A stretch of DNA of 64,000 bases, taken from IMG/VR virus record IMGVR_UViG_3300025413_001239; one strand, written 5' to 3'. Numbering within the stretch: position 1 is the first letter of the stretch; the number at the start of each line of letters is the position of its first letter. The position numbers and the translations under genes are program-made. This stretch comes from a virus (Duplodnaviria; Caudoviricetes). This document shows positions 1 to 11,769 of the stretch, in pieces. The notes below the pieces were generated by a model. The model was not told the origin of the DNA, did no database searches, and saw nothing but the letters and a program-made list of their open reading frames with translations.

Positions 1-29
1 ACGAAAGAAATTACTTTTTACAAAGTTAT

Positions 30-551
30 TTGTATTTAGGTTTTTATGATAGTGATAATACGTTAACACAAAATTTAGTTACTGAAATTGAAATGTATTG
101 TGGTTTAAATAAAGGAAATAATGGTGATTTTTTAGATTCAACAGCTGCTCAGTCAATTAATTATTCAGTTGGTCATCCAAAATTAGCTTCAGCAATTCCA
201 GTAAGATTAATAGTTTCTAACCCTTTAAAAATAAATAATGGATTTTATGAAGGTTATAATATTTATGATTATAAGAGTGATTATTATTTAACACCATCAA
301 AATACTTGTATATGAAAGCTAGTTTTTTTAACGCTAAAAATGGTAAAACAATTAACTTAATGACTGAAAAAAAGCCATATACAATTGATGAGTTGGTTAA
401 TAAATTATACACTAGATATAAGCTTTATAAAAACGAATTTGGTTATTATTATGAAATTGATAATACTTACTCAAGTAATGTATTTATTAACAATAATATA
501 CCTAATTTACCAAATATTACTGTAAATCTTTATCAAATACAATCGTTGTAA
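30..551 (+). CDS. Hypothetical virion-module protein (start may lie upstream of the window)
   Basis: 173-aa ORF, stop overlaps next start, in structural gene run. Confidence 0.6.
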   Translation: MYLGFYDSDNTLTQNLVTEIEMYCGLNKGNNGDFLDSTAAQSINYSVGHPKLASAIPVRLIVSNPLKINNGFYEGYNIYDYKSDYYLTPSKYLYMKASFFNAKNGKTINLMTEKKPYTIDELVNKLYTRYKLYKNEFGYYYEIDNTYSSNVFINNNIPNLPNITVNLYQIQSL

Positions 552-1294
552 TGGAATTAATAAAAAGACAAATATCGTTAGAAGAATCGACAGATAGAAA
601 TTATAATAGTCCAACCTATGGAACTATTACAGCAACTTCTTTCTATATTAATGTAATGTTAACTCAAGACATTGAAAATTTAGGTATTTTTACAGATATT
701 GATTATATTTCTAGTAGTTCATATACACAAAACATAAACGACTATAATGTAAAAAAAGTTGGTGTTAAAGTTTATGATTTTTATACAACAAATAATAAAT
801 TAGTTACTGGTCGTACAGAATCACATTTAACAGATGTTAGAACATATAGTTCAAAATCCCCATATCAGGTTGGTTTTAATGTAAATTCTGAGACATATAT
901 TGATTTTAAGGGTAATACAATTAACGGTGTTGATAGGGTAACGTCCATTTCGGACCCAATAACATATGTATTTGGTACCGATAAAGATGACCCAAATATT
1001 GGTAATACTAATCAAAAAAGTGGTCTTTTATATCAAGACTATAGTGCCACAAATTTAACACATATATCATATATTGGACAAGGATGGAATGAAACAAATA
1101 TATCATTATCAGCATTAACAAAAATAAATGATTACACATTTGGAATAACTTCTGTACCAGTAGTTAATAGTGATGTTTTTATTGACAGAGGAATAACAAA
1201 CGTATTTGAACCACACTTAAAATTATCTGAAGTAACTAATTTAGGCGAATTGGAAAGGTATGGTAACGGATATTTTAATTTAACAACAACATAA
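551..1294 (+). CDS. Putative virion structural protein
   Basis: 247 aa, T/N/S-rich, coupled to neighbours; C-terminal L..LERYGNGYF. Confidence 0.6.
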   Translation: MELIKRQISLEESTDRNYNSPTYGTITATSFYINVMLTQDIENLGIFTDIDYISSSSYTQNINDYNVKKVGVKVYDFYTTNNKLVTGRTESHLTDVRTYSSKSPYQVGFNVNSETYIDFKGNTINGVDRVTSISDPITYVFGTDKDDPNIGNTNQKSGLLYQDYSATNLTHISYIGQGWNETNISLSALTKINDYTFGITSVPVVNSDVFIDRGITNVFEPHLKLSEVTNLGELERYGNGYFNLTTT

Positions 1295-1314
1295 AAAAAT
1301 AAAAAAAATAAAAT

Positions 1315-2223
1315 ATGGCAACAGGAACTTATGGCATAGTTAGACCATCGGATGTATCAACAGATGATATCGAAGTCTTTTATACTTATACCCCTTCAAG
1401 GGACAAACAAAGCAATGGATTAACTAAAATAGCTAATTCAAGTGATGTTTTAATAAAGGTTAATAATCCAAATAATACAAATGGTGGGTTTGAAATGTTT
1501 GGTGGGTTATATACACTTAAATTACCAGTATCAATATTTAATACTGCTGGTATTTATACGGTTATAATTAAACCAATTGAAATTAGAACAACAATCACGG
1601 ATGTTGGTGTTTTGTCAGCATATCCAGATGTTAGAGGTTTAGTATTTGATTCATCAATTATACCAACAAATTTAGCTAATAGATTTGCAAATAATGGTCT
1701 TATTGGTTATAGAATTGAATATTTAGATACAACAAAATCTGATAGTAAAGTTAATAATACCTTTACGATTATAACATCTAATAATCGTGCTGAAGTTGTA
1801 AATCAAAACTTAACTAATTCAAACCAAAAGGCTGTTAGATATCGTTTTAATGATAATTCAACATTAGTTTTTTGTACTATTACCCCAAATTCAGCATCAA
1901 GTGTAAATCCGAATGTATTTCCATTTATTGGACAACCAAATCAAAATGTAATTATTACTAATACATTTTTTAACCCTATTATGGTTGAAATTGAATTAGT
2001 TAATTATGATATTGAAACACTTGCCTACGGTATATTTGGTAATCAAAGTAAATCCACAGAAGATGGAATTTATACAATATATAACTTTAATAATCAAATC
2101 TTTGCACAATATGACCTATATGAAATTAAAGATGCTTTCACTGGTGTACCTTTATTTGATATTAGAGAACAAAGAAATAATATAGATTTCACAAAGAATT
2201 TTAATTCGGTAACAAAAGTTTAA
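1315..2223 (+). CDS. Putative baseplate/virion structural protein
   Basis: 302 aa, A-rich leader, structural operon context. Confidence 0.6.
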   Translation: MATGTYGIVRPSDVSTDDIEVFYTYTPSRDKQSNGLTKIANSSDVLIKVNNPNNTNGGFEMFGGLYTLKLPVSIFNTAGIYTVIIKPIEIRTTITDVGVLSAYPDVRGLVFDSSIIPTNLANRFANNGLIGYRIEYLDTTKSDSKVNNTFTIITSNNRAEVVNQNLTNSNQKAVRYRFNDNSTLVFCTITPNSASSVNPNVFPFIGQPNQNVIITNTFFNPIMVEIELVNYDIETLAYGIFGNQSKSTEDGIYTIYNFNNQIFAQYDLYEIKDAFTGVPLFDIREQRNNIDFTKNFNSVTKV

Positions 2224-2225
2224 TT

Positions 2226-4280
2226 ATGGCTAGTAATAGAATAAAAGTTTTAGGTTATGCTCAAAAAGTAGTATATGAGGACCAAGTCCAATATACACCA
2301 TACACCCCAGATTTAGTTGGTTTTCAATTAGCTAGTAATGGTGGTACCCCTCTATTTACGATGGGTAACTTTTATGTTACAACAAACCTTGAGCCAAAAG
2401 TTAATAAAGTATTTGTAACCAATAATCAATCTAATTATAAGTCATTAAATGATATTAATTCTACTGGACAAGATATTCAAGTATTATTAGATAATAATAA
2501 TATTGTTGTTTTAAATCTTGATAAAACAAATTTATCTAATTATGCATTATTTAATTCACTTTCTGAATATGTTAGGGTTGCATTAGAAAATATTATCACA
2601 AATTGGCCAGCTGCTTTATATGTTAAACCATTATATGCGTTACCACCAAATTATTCAACTCAAAGTGGTGTTACATTTCAAAATTATTCATTCAATAATC
2701 TTACAAGTGTTTCCACTTTTGCCATTAATACAAATGTAATAGTTAATAATTTTCAAATAAACTATTTAGCTAGTGGTTCATTAGAAAAAACTTTTAACTC
2801 AACTAATTCATTAAGAAATATTGCGTTAAATTATTCACAATATTCAATTTTACTTAATGGGGTAGAGTACCCTATTTTAGGTTTTACTGGTTCCACACAA
2901 ATATCTAATGATTATATATATCTTTCAGTTAGTGGTGATGTATTTTCTGGTGCTGTTAGTGGATATAATACGTATCACATTAAACCAAATACTACACAAG
3001 AAAATTTATTTTATAATTCATTACCAAATTTTGAATATTATTTATTAAATAGATTATCAAATCCTTTATTTACAGCAACTTTTAGTTTTTCAGTTAAAAC
3101 CGATTCTGGTGGTATAGCTTATACAACAAATAGTGTTACTTGGCCAACTAGTGATGGGTACAATATTGATTTTGATTCAGATGCTTATACAGATTATGCA
3201 ACCAATTTATTAAATATTTCAACAAGTTATGATGATACAACTGGTAATTTAATGGTTAGATTCCTTGTAACAGAATCAATAACTGAATTTGATACATCAA
3301 GTGTTTATTTAGGTGATTTAGACCAAGATTCTACCGACCAAAAAATGAATAAGACACTAACCATCTATGGTGTTGAATACGATGAAATAAATAATTACAT
3401 ACAAGGTATTAGATTTGTTAATACTGTATCATATGATAAAAATAATAATACACCAGATATCTATTTAAAAAGTATTGCGAATATTTTAGGTTGGGACTTA
3501 GTTTCATCTATTTTAGAGAATGACTTATTAAGAAGTTATGTAACCCCTAACAAATCAACATATGCTGGGCATGGTGTTGGTTTAACGTTACAAGAAGCTG
3601 ATACTGAACTATGGAGAAGAATTATATTAAATTCACCTTGGATATGGAAATCAAAGGGTACTAGAAAAGCTATTGAATTTTTATTTAAGTTTATAGGTAC
3701 ACCTTCTGGTCTAATCACATTTAATGAATACGTTTATGCCGCTGAAGAATCAATTGATGTTGATTTATTTAAAAGTGTTTTAGCTTTAAATAAATTAAGT
3801 ACTGATATATCAAATTATCCTATAGATTTAAACGGAAACCCTAAACCATTAATTAACACATCATCAATTTACTTTCAAAGTAATGGGTTATGGTATAGGG
3901 AAACTGGGGGTGCCAATTCAATGTTAGATATAACAACAGGTAACAATCCACATATTGGACCATATGACGGTGGTTCAACATATTTAAATCAATTTAAAAC
4001 ACTTATACCTAATTTTAGTGCTGTAACCGTAAGTTCACAAACTGTTACAACAGTCACTCTTAATATGTTTACAAATTATAATTCTGGTACGTTTGACTTT
4101 TATAGTGGTGATACTTATATTAAGGTAATTGATTCAAAAAATATTGATATAACAGCATCTGGTACTACTATATCAATAATTGATGACCCATATAATCGTT
4201 TAGAATTTAACTGTAACGAGTGTCCAATACCTAATGATACAAAATCATTAAGTATTCTAATAAAAGGTAATAAAAGGTAA
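2226..4280 (+). CDS. Putative baseplate wedge subunit (P2 gpI / T4 gp7-like)
   Basis: LWRRIILN-PWIWKSKGTRKAIEFL resembles the Y/W-x-x-KGT-x-x-A-I motif of wedge proteins. Confidence 0.55.
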   Translation: MASNRIKVLGYAQKVVYEDQVQYTPYTPDLVGFQLASNGGTPLFTMGNFYVTTNLEPKVNKVFVTNNQSNYKSLNDINSTGQDIQVLLDNNNIVVLNLDKTNLSNYALFNSLSEYVRVALENIITNWPAALYVKPLYALPPNYSTQSGVTFQNYSFNNLTSVSTFAINTNVIVNNFQINYLASGSLEKTFNSTNSLRNIALNYSQYSILLNGVEYPILGFTGSTQISNDYIYLSVSGDVFSGAVSGYNTYHIKPNTTQENLFYNSLPNFEYYLLNRLSNPLFTATFSFSVKTDSGGIAYTTNSVTWPTSDGYNIDFDSDAYTDYATNLLNISTSYDDTTGNLMVRFLVTESITEFDTSSVYLGDLDQDSTDQKMNKTLTIYGVEYDEINNYIQGIRFVNTVSYDKNNNTPDIYLKSIANILGWDLVSSILENDLLRSYVTPNKSTYAGHGVGLTLQEADTELWRRIILNSPWIWKSKGTRKAIEFLFKFIGTPSGLITFNEYVYAAEESIDVDLFKSVLALNKLSTDISNYPIDLNGNPKPLINTSSIYFQSNGLWYRETGGANSMLDITTGNNPHIGPYDGGSTYLNQFKTLIPNFSAVTVSSQTVTTVTLNMFTNYNSGTFDFYSGDTYIKVIDSKNIDITASGTTISIIDDPYNRLEFNCNECPIPNDTKSLSILIKGNKR

Positions 4281-4288
4281 TAATTAAA

Positions 4289-7200
4289 ATGATAAATTTA
4301 TATAATAACACAAACTTAAATTATAACCCACCATTTAATATCATTTTAAATCCAAATGGTAATAGTGGTGAAATGTTTATTGTTACACCAGATGAAACAT
4401 GTACATTAAATATTTCATTTGATTATCTTTTCAAATTTGATTGTGCTGATTTACTTAGTTATACCAGAACTGGCAATAATTTATTAAGTTTGTTTGAATC
4501 AATAGGTGCATCAGTATCACTTAATTTATTAACAACAAATGATAAAAAAGTTACATCAACATCAGTATATAATGAAACATTTTTTAAACCAATTGGTGTT
4601 GGAAATATGTTTAATTACCTTAATAATTTAAATGGTGCATCTTCTGGATTTTTCTTATGTGGTGAAATTGGTAATGACCCAACGTGCCATCCGTTAACTA
4701 TTGATAATGCTAGTTCAACAACTTGTTCATTAGTTTTACCATCCATATATACAAGTTTACAAAATGAATATGGTTCTAAAATAACAAAAAGTTTTAACCC
4801 CTTAATTATTTCTGGTTTATCATCTACTTGGTCTAAATATAGTAAAGATATAACAGATTCAGCCATAATTAATAAAATTATTAATAAAAATATTAATATA
4901 AGTGTTGAAGTTAGTGGTACCGTTATTAATACATATGTTTTATTGGATAATATAGTAATTAAAAGAAATTGTACACATATTAGTGAAAATGATATTTTTG
5001 TATCTAAATCTCCAGGTTTTAATCTTAAAAAAGTTGTTGATAATAAAAAATCTTGGGTTTTAAATAAAAATGCTGAGGAAAGAGCGTTCAATGTTCCAAA
5101 TATTACCAATTTATTAACAAAAAGAGAAACTGATTATACAATAAATAATGGTTCACTTGTTCTTAATTCAAAAGAAATTGATTTAAATCTTGATATTTCT
5201 AAAGCTGTTGAAACAGATGTTTGGACATATATTGTTAATAATCCATGTATTTTAACTGGGTATAATGTTGACACAAAAATTGTCACTAAACAAGTCAGCA
5301 CACCAATTTATTCATCTGGAACTATTATATGTAGTGCACAATCGGTTAGTGTTTGTATTAGTGATGGTTGTGGTGATAAACCAATTAATATTAATGCGTT
5401 AACAACACAACCATTAAGCTTGGTGAAAACGGTTGAAAATTTTGAAGCATATGTTGAATCAGAATTGGTTGACGGTAAAAATAGAAAAATAATTTCATCA
5501 TATCCAACACTTAGATTACTCTATGATAGGTATATAAATAGTTTAGATTATTGCGGTACAAAATCAAATAATTTTGATTATTTTAAAATGATTAATTTCA
5601 CTAATCTTATTGGTAATTATTGGGTTGACTTAATTGAACAAGTAATGCCAGCAACAACCATTTGGAATTCAACAAAGGTTTATGGTAATACAATATTTGA
5701 TTCACAAAAATTTCAATATAAACCAAATACATTATTTTTTGGTACCGCTAGTACTTATAATCAAGTATTAAGTCCATGTACAGGTGTAACTTGTGGTGTT
5801 GATGTTAAAACAAGTGTAATCTTAAGTGGGTCAAGTAATATTTCAGAATTCTTAAGTCCAAAAACAAATAATGATTTTAGTAATGCTTATTTAATACAAT
5901 ATAATAGTGGTTCAGAATTTATTGGTTCTGTAACTAAAACAGTTAATTTCACATGTAATATTGAATTATCAACAAACACTACAAATGCTTTACCTAATAA
6001 TACAGGTGGTATTTGTAATACAATCCTAAGTAGTCCAAATGGTGCTGTTAACTATTCATTAAGTGCTAAATCATCAAATTCAATCATACAAAGTGGTCAG
6101 GGTGTAATGGTTCTTCCAATATTTAATAATTTATCAGCTGATACTTACACATTAACTGTTACGGATATTTATGGTTGTCACCAAAACTCAACATTTGTTA
6201 TTTCATATAACCCTTGTGTATTAACATTTACATCGGTTAACACTAATTCATTTAAGGGTATGAATAATGGTTTCGTTACTATTTCAAATATTAACGATAC
6301 TGGATTAGTAACTGGTTATACATTAACAAGTGGTGCGACAACAATAAGTGCTGGTACATTTAATAACCAAAACAATAACCAACAATTATCTTTAACAATT
6401 GCTAATTTATCAGCTGGAACTTATTCACTAACACTAACTGATAATTATGGTTGTAACGTAACTAGTGGTGTAACAATTAATGAAAATCCTTGTATTTTAA
6501 GTACTACAGCATTATCTGTACCATTTACACAATTTGATGATGGTACTGGAACTGGTTCCATAACTCTTAATGTTACTAATGCTTACGGTATACCTAGTTC
6601 AATACCAGCTGGTAACCCTCAACCAACATCAATCCAATCACCTAATTTAGGTGTATCATATACTGTAAGTGGTATAACAACAAATAAAACTGGGACAATT
6701 AATGATGTTAATAATCATACCGAAGGTAATTTAAGTGCTGGTGCTTATAATGTTAAATTTATCGATAATTCAGCTATAGGTTGTTATTCTAGTACGACAC
6801 TATCCATACCAAAAATAACATATAGTGGTTATGCTGGTTATTGTGAAATTGCAACCGCTGACTTTAAACTTAGGGAGTTTATAACTGGGTTTAGTTCACC
6901 AGTTTTATCATATTGGTTTCCAACAACTAAAAATGGTGGTAAAAATAGAATTTATGTTTTATTTAACGTCAATTCTAATTCAACTAATACTATTACTTCT
7001 AATATTTATTATCTTGACAATTCAAATGATTTTATTAAATCAACAACACCATACACACCATATTTTACTAGTTCAGATTTTAAACCAATTGGTACATATA
7101 ATGGGAATACGGTTAATAATTTTTATAAAAACGCTATATTTGATGAAAATAATAACAATATATATTTTTGTGGCGAAAATAGCATAAATCCAAATAGTGG

Positions 7201-8767
7201 TGCTAATAGCATAAATCCAAATAATGGTGGTTTGGATGTTTATGATATTGATACAGATACATGGGTTGGTACAATACCTTATGGTTCAAATGATACTAAT
7301 GATAGACAAGTTTTATATTCATACTCAACAAATGTAAATAATAAAACAATTAAATTCATTGTTGTAAATAATTCAAAAATAGACCGTGGTGGTGGTGCTT
7401 ATGGTGGTGGCTTTACCGTTTACCAAGCTAATACAATAAAACCTTATTTACAGAATCCAACAAAAAATAGTTTAGTATCATTTGATATTGTCTTAGATGC
7501 AGGTAATAATATTACCTATAAGGATTATTTTTATAATGGTTCACTTTATCTTGGTTTGTTCATAAAAGTTGGTGACTATTACTGGAGTTGTCCTGGTGGT
7601 AGTGTTAATAACGCTGGTATACTTATTTTCGCTTTAGAGGCTAGTGATAGTGCTAATAATATTAAACCAGTTAACCCAGCTGACCCAGCACTTCTCCCAA
7701 ATCAATCAAAATTTATAAATGGGAAGTATTGGGGTTCTATTTTTTATGATGAATCATACCATAAAGTTTATTTTTCTGATTTTGGCTCTCAAACAATATC
7801 AGTTTATGATGTTACAAATGGAAATAATATTGGTGGTGGTGGTAAACTTTTGAAAGAGATAGACATTAGTAAATATAATTCTGGTTATAATTCCGATTTC
7901 TCTAATCTTAATTATGTTCCAATTACTTATGTAACTTTAGACCCAATTGATAATAATACTTTATATTGTACAGTTCAAATGAATGACCCATCAGATGAAG
8001 AAACTCCAAGGTGGAGTAATACATATGTAATTGATAGAGATAAATCAGTTTTTAAAAGACTTATCAAAGGTTTTTATGCTTTAAATACTTCAGTTGTAGA
8101 TGATGGTTATGATACTAAGAGTCTTATGTCTGTTAATAATGGTGAGGGTACATTAAGTATTTATAATAATAGATATAGTGGTTATACAACTGGTAATTAT
8201 ATTTATACATCAATGATGAGGTATAAAAATGGTACACCAGATACTAGTCTTTCTGATAAGGGTATTCTTAATAAAATTAATCAAATAGATGCGTATGGTA
8301 CAACAGCAACAACTGTAAATACAAATATTTTTGAGGTTACTAATCAATATAAAAATAAAATTAGTGCACCAAAAGTCATAAGTGGTGCTTGTCTTACTAC
8401 GTCTTTTGCTAGTGCAAGTACTAATACGATAGCTAATACTACTACTCAACAAAGTGTAAATTTCCAAATGCAATTTGACCCAACTGTTTACAATAATAGT
8501 AAAATATCGAATTTTGTTGTATCACTATATGATGCTTCTAACGGACCAATCGGTTCCCCATCAACTGGTGTAACATACAGTTATTCAACAGTAAATTATA
8601 ATGGTGGATATATTGATGATATTCTAACTTCAAGTACACAATATTTTACATCGAATACAGTTGCTTATAAAATACATTTGGATTATTATAGTGGAAGTAC
8701 TATTACACCTAGTAATAAAATAACTGGTTATACATATAATGGTCCGACAAATACCAAAAATCCATAA
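4289..8767 (+). CDS. Large virion protein with SprB-like repeats (tail fibre/adhesin-like)
   Basis: 1492 aa; three NLSA(G/D)xY-x-(L/V)-x-(V/L/F)-(T/I)D..GC repeats; beta-rich C-terminal part. Confidence 0.6.
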   Translation: MINLYNNTNLNYNPPFNIILNPNGNSGEMFIVTPDETCTLNISFDYLFKFDCADLLSYTRTGNNLLSLFESIGASVSLNLLTTNDKKVTSTSVYNETFFKPIGVGNMFNYLNNLNGASSGFFLCGEIGNDPTCHPLTIDNASSTTCSLVLPSIYTSLQNEYGSKITKSFNPLIISGLSSTWSKYSKDITDSAIINKIINKNINISVEVSGTVINTYVLLDNIVIKRNCTHISENDIFVSKSPGFNLKKVVDNKKSWVLNKNAEERAFNVPNITNLLTKRETDYTINNGSLVLNSKEIDLNLDISKAVETDVWTYIVNNPCILTGYNVDTKIVTKQVSTPIYSSGTIICSAQSVSVCISDGCGDKPININALTTQPLSLVKTVENFEAYVESELVDGKNRKIISSYPTLRLLYDRYINSLDYCGTKSNNFDYFKMINFTNLIGNYWVDLIEQVMPATTIWNSTKVYGNTIFDSQKFQYKPNTLFFGTASTYNQVLSPCTGVTCGVDVKTSVILSGSSNISEFLSPKTNNDFSNAYLIQYNSGSEFIGSVTKTVNFTCNIELSTNTTNALPNNTGGICNTILSSPNGAVNYSLSAKSSNSIIQSGQGVMVLPIFNNLSADTYTLTVTDIYGCHQNSTFVISYNPCVLTFTSVNTNSFKGMNNGFVTISNINDTGLVTGYTLTSGATTISAGTFNNQNNNQQLSLTIANLSAGTYSLTLTDNYGCNVTSGVTINENPCILSTTALSVPFTQFDDGTGTGSITLNVTNAYGIPSSIPAGNPQPTSIQSPNLGVSYTVSGITTNKTGTINDVNNHTEGNLSAGAYNVKFIDNSAIGCYSSTTLSIPKITYSGYAGYCEIATADFKLREFITGFSSPVLSYWFPTTKNGGKNRIYVLFNVNSNSTNTITSNIYYLDNSNDFIKSTTPYTPYFTSSDFKPIGTYNGNTVNNFYKNAIFDENNNNIYFCGENSINPNSGANSINPNNGGLDVYDIDTDTWVGTIPYGSNDTNDRQVLYSYSTNVNNKTIKFIVVNNSKIDRGGGAYGGGFTVYQANTIKPYLQNPTKNSLVSFDIVLDAGNNITYKDYFYNGSLYLGLFIKVGDYYWSCPGGSVNNAGILIFALEASDSANNIKPVNPADPALLPNQSKFINGKYWGSIFYDESYHKVYFSDFGSQTISVYDVTNGNNIGGGGKLLKEIDISKYNSGYNSDFSNLNYVPITYVTLDPIDNNTLYCTVQMNDPSDEETPRWSNTYVIDRDKSVFKRLIKGFYALNTSVVDDGYDTKSLMSVNNGEGTLSIYNNRYSGYTTGNYIYTSMMRYKNGTPDTSLSDKGILNKINQIDAYGTTATTVNTNIFEVTNQYKNKISAPKVISGACLTTSFASASTNTIANTTTQQSVNFQMQFDPTVYNNSKISNFVVSLYDASNGPIGSPSTGVTYSYSTVNYNGGYIDDILTSSTQYFTSNTVAYKIHLDYYSGSTITPSNKITGYTYNGPTNTKNP

Positions 8768-8801
8768 TAAAATAATTAAACTTAATACATATTTATAATA
8801 T

Positions 8802-9044
8802 ATGCCATTAGTAATAAAAAAAATAGAAGGTAAGTTTTTGGATAATTATGTAAGTAATATACCAATATATAGTATGTTATCCGCCACAATACAAAATAGC
8901 GATTATATAAATGTTAATGGTGAAATATTTTTTTTACAAAACTATTCAAAAGTTAATACGTTAACACAAGGAAAAACCTTATTAAGTTATGGTTTAAAAA
9001 ATAATTATAATTTACCAACCTCAGTTTTACAATTGTCATACTAA
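8802..9044 (+). CDS. Hypothetical protein
   Basis: 80 aa, preceded by TATTTAT motif, coupled to next ORF. Confidence 0.6.
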   Translation: MPLVIKKIEGKFLDNYVSNIPIYSMLSATIQNSDYINVNGEIFFLQNYSKVNTLTQGKTLLSYGLKNNYNLPTSVLQLSY

Positions 9045-11719
9045 TGAGATATCAAGAAAGAATATATGAACAAACAAATACCTTTGCTAGAAATAAAAGC
9101 GTTAATATCGTTAATACTAGTTCAGATATTTCTGTATTTTATGCACCACAATTTGATATAAGTGGTGCAACTAAGGTACAATGCGGTGATGTTCAATTTA
9201 CACTTAGTGGATTCCCATATAATTCATATTTAACAGCTGCAACAAATTCATGTATTGGTGTAAATCTACCAATTAGTTGTTTCACGGGTTCTACTTGGAA
9301 TACAAATATATACACAGATAACTCACTAGCTTATAGTGGAACTTTTTATACAAGTAACACAATCACTGGTGTACCAACCGATAATCAATTCGTTCAATCC
9401 GTTCAGGATGGTTTTAATAGTTTAGGTTATCAATACACACTTAGTGGATACACATTTGACTTAGCTAAAATTTATGGTGTTCAAAACGTTAAAATAGACA
9501 TAGATGTTTTCGCTAATTATAACTATGTGGCACCATTTACATGTCCATCAAATTATGTTACAAACCCTAGCAATGATGGTTGTCAACAAGTAAATGTCTA
9601 TACAAATGGACCATCATATAATGGTTCTGGTTCGACAATACAATCTGGTTCCACAGATGCAACATATTGTAGAGATGGTGCTTATTTTTATGATGATATT
9701 GCAAATTTAGGACCATACCCATTATCATATAACCCTAGTGGTAATTTAATTAATAGTACTGGTGGTACAATTACGGCTTTAAATATTAGTAATGGTGTAC
9801 AAAGTAACAGTTTTTGGTATAATTCTGGTAATCCAACAGATGGTAGACTTAATAAAATAGGTTTATCAGCAACAACTAATTCATTTGTTGGTTTCAGTAA
9901 GTGTTTAAATATTCTTAGTGGTGGTACATACTATATTGGCCTTGCTGCCGATAATGATGCTCAATTTAGACTTAATGGTCAATTAATTGTTAATCTTACA
10001 GGTACAACACTACAAAATTTTAAAAGGTGGAGTGTTTTTAAAGTTAATTTACTTTCTGGACAAAACATAATTGAGATGCTTGGTGAGAATCTAGATGCTG
10101 GTTCGGCATCTTCTTTTGGTGCTGAAGTTTATTACCCAACAAATTATGCAACTTTAACTGGTGCTACGACCACTGGTTCAACACAAGCAAATGCAATCTT
10201 TTCAACTAGTAGTTATGTTGGTAAAACTTGGGATATAGGCACTAATTTAGGTTATTCATGTCCAAGTGGTTTTGCTTTAAATACATGTGCAACCGCTTAT
10301 ACGTGTACTCAAATTTTAAGGGCACCTTACTCACAGATATGTACTGGTAATTGTGCTGGTGATGAATTTCAAATATTAAGCCAAGATTTACCATCAATAA
10401 ATAATGCGAGTAATGGTGTTTATATTTTAGACCCAACAACTGGTACAACAATACCATTCACATTTAATTTTACTGGAAATACAAATACATTCATAACTAA
10501 TAATGCAACATTTAATTATGAAATTTATCCATTCAACCCAACTTTAAATTTATTTACTGTACCACCAATTTATTCAAGCTCTAACATATCCTATTCAGCA
10601 TTCTCTGGAACAAATGTTTTAACACAAAGTATAAACTTTAGTGCCTCAAGTGATGGTGATTACTTAGTTAAGGGTTATACAATTGGTGATGCTGGTACAA
10701 AATACTTAAATGCTTTAGGTAAAAAAATAAACACAATGGATTATGTTAGTAGCAAAACATCTAATTTTTATAATCCACAAGTTGATTTTTATTTTGTTGC
10801 AATTTATAATGCTGATACACCTAATTTTACACAATCACAAGCACAATTAATTGATAATGCGACCACTGGTAGTTTAGCATTATCACAACAAGTAATAATT
10901 GTTGGTCAAAATAATAATAACTATACAAATACTGGTAGTACCTTTACATTAACAAATACTTATAATGGTCAACCAATTATTACATTAAATGGTTTAGTTT
11001 TAGCTAGTAGTTATGATTACATACTTAGTGGTCAAGTTTTAACTTTTCTTGGTACTATATTAAATGGTGATGTTATTACAGTAACATATAACACAACTAA
11101 CTCTATTGTTTTAACTTCAGATTCATTATACTTAAACACAACAATACCTAGTGGTAGAACTGGAAATCAAGGCAATAATAAATACTATTATAACACAACA
11201 ACTGGTAAGTATGAAATTTATACACAAAACGTTCCAGTTGTTGGTTCAACAATAATGGTTATACTAAATGGTGTCACATTAGTAAATAATATAGATTATT
11301 ATCAATCCACAACAAACCCAAATAGAATAATCCTTAATGGTATTATTATGAAAGGTGATTTAATTGTAATAATATATAATCCAAAGGCCAGTATTGTTAA
11401 CGGAATTTACCAAAATAATAATATATTAAATTGGTCAATTGCACACGGCCCAATGGGTAATTATGGTCAATTTGATATACAATATAGTAGCAATATTACC
11501 TTTACAACATATACAACTAGTAGTACAATACCTTATAATACTAATGTAACAGCTTATAGTGGTGTTTTATCACTAACTGGTAATGCTGGTACTAATTTAT
11601 ATTATAGGGTTAAAAACACAAAGAGTTACCCATCTAAATGTGGTGACCCAATAGTTAGTGTTGCTTATAGTGAAACAGTACCAATAACAATTTTAAGTAA
11701 TGGATTAAATAGTTACTAA
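9044..11719 (+). CDS. Virion structural protein with PA14-like segment and xNG-x-x-L...DY repeats
   Basis: 891 aa; YIGLAADNDAQFRLNG; ITLNGLVL..YDY and VILNGVTL..IDY repeats. Confidence 0.55.
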   Translation: MRYQERIYEQTNTFARNKSVNIVNTSSDISVFYAPQFDISGATKVQCGDVQFTLSGFPYNSYLTAATNSCIGVNLPISCFTGSTWNTNIYTDNSLAYSGTFYTSNTITGVPTDNQFVQSVQDGFNSLGYQYTLSGYTFDLAKIYGVQNVKIDIDVFANYNYVAPFTCPSNYVTNPSNDGCQQVNVYTNGPSYNGSGSTIQSGSTDATYCRDGAYFYDDIANLGPYPLSYNPSGNLINSTGGTITALNISNGVQSNSFWYNSGNPTDGRLNKIGLSATTNSFVGFSKCLNILSGGTYYIGLAADNDAQFRLNGQLIVNLTGTTLQNFKRWSVFKVNLLSGQNIIEMLGENLDAGSASSFGAEVYYPTNYATLTGATTTGSTQANAIFSTSSYVGKTWDIGTNLGYSCPSGFALNTCATAYTCTQILRAPYSQICTGNCAGDEFQILSQDLPSINNASNGVYILDPTTGTTIPFTFNFTGNTNTFITNNATFNYEIYPFNPTLNLFTVPPIYSSSNISYSAFSGTNVLTQSINFSASSDGDYLVKGYTIGDAGTKYLNALGKKINTMDYVSSKTSNFYNPQVDFYFVAIYNADTPNFTQSQAQLIDNATTGSLALSQQVIIVGQNNNNYTNTGSTFTLTNTYNGQPIITLNGLVLASSYDYILSGQVLTFLGTILNGDVITVTYNTTNSIVLTSDSLYLNTTIPSGRTGNQGNNKYYYNTTTGKYEIYTQNVPVVGSTIMVILNGVTLVNNIDYYQSTTNPNRIILNGIIMKGDLIVIIYNPKASIVNGIYQNNNILNWSIAHGPMGNYGQFDIQYSSNITFTTYTTSSTIPYNTNVTAYSGVLSLTGNAGTNLYYRVKNTKSYPSKCGDPIVSVAYSETVPITILSNGLNSY

Positions 11720-11745
11720 TATTTACAAATAAACAAAAACAAATA

Positions 11746-11752
11746 TATTTAT
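11746..11752 (+). promoter_or_regulatory. Phage-specific (late-type) TATTTAT motif (representative site)
   Basis: Also at 8790, 15869, 23843, 27016, 28882, 40807, 44716, 45911, 46636, 52418, 55630, 61786: before virion genes, endonucleases and tmRNA. Confidence 0.65.
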
Positions 11753-11769
11753 AATAAAAAAGAATAGTT

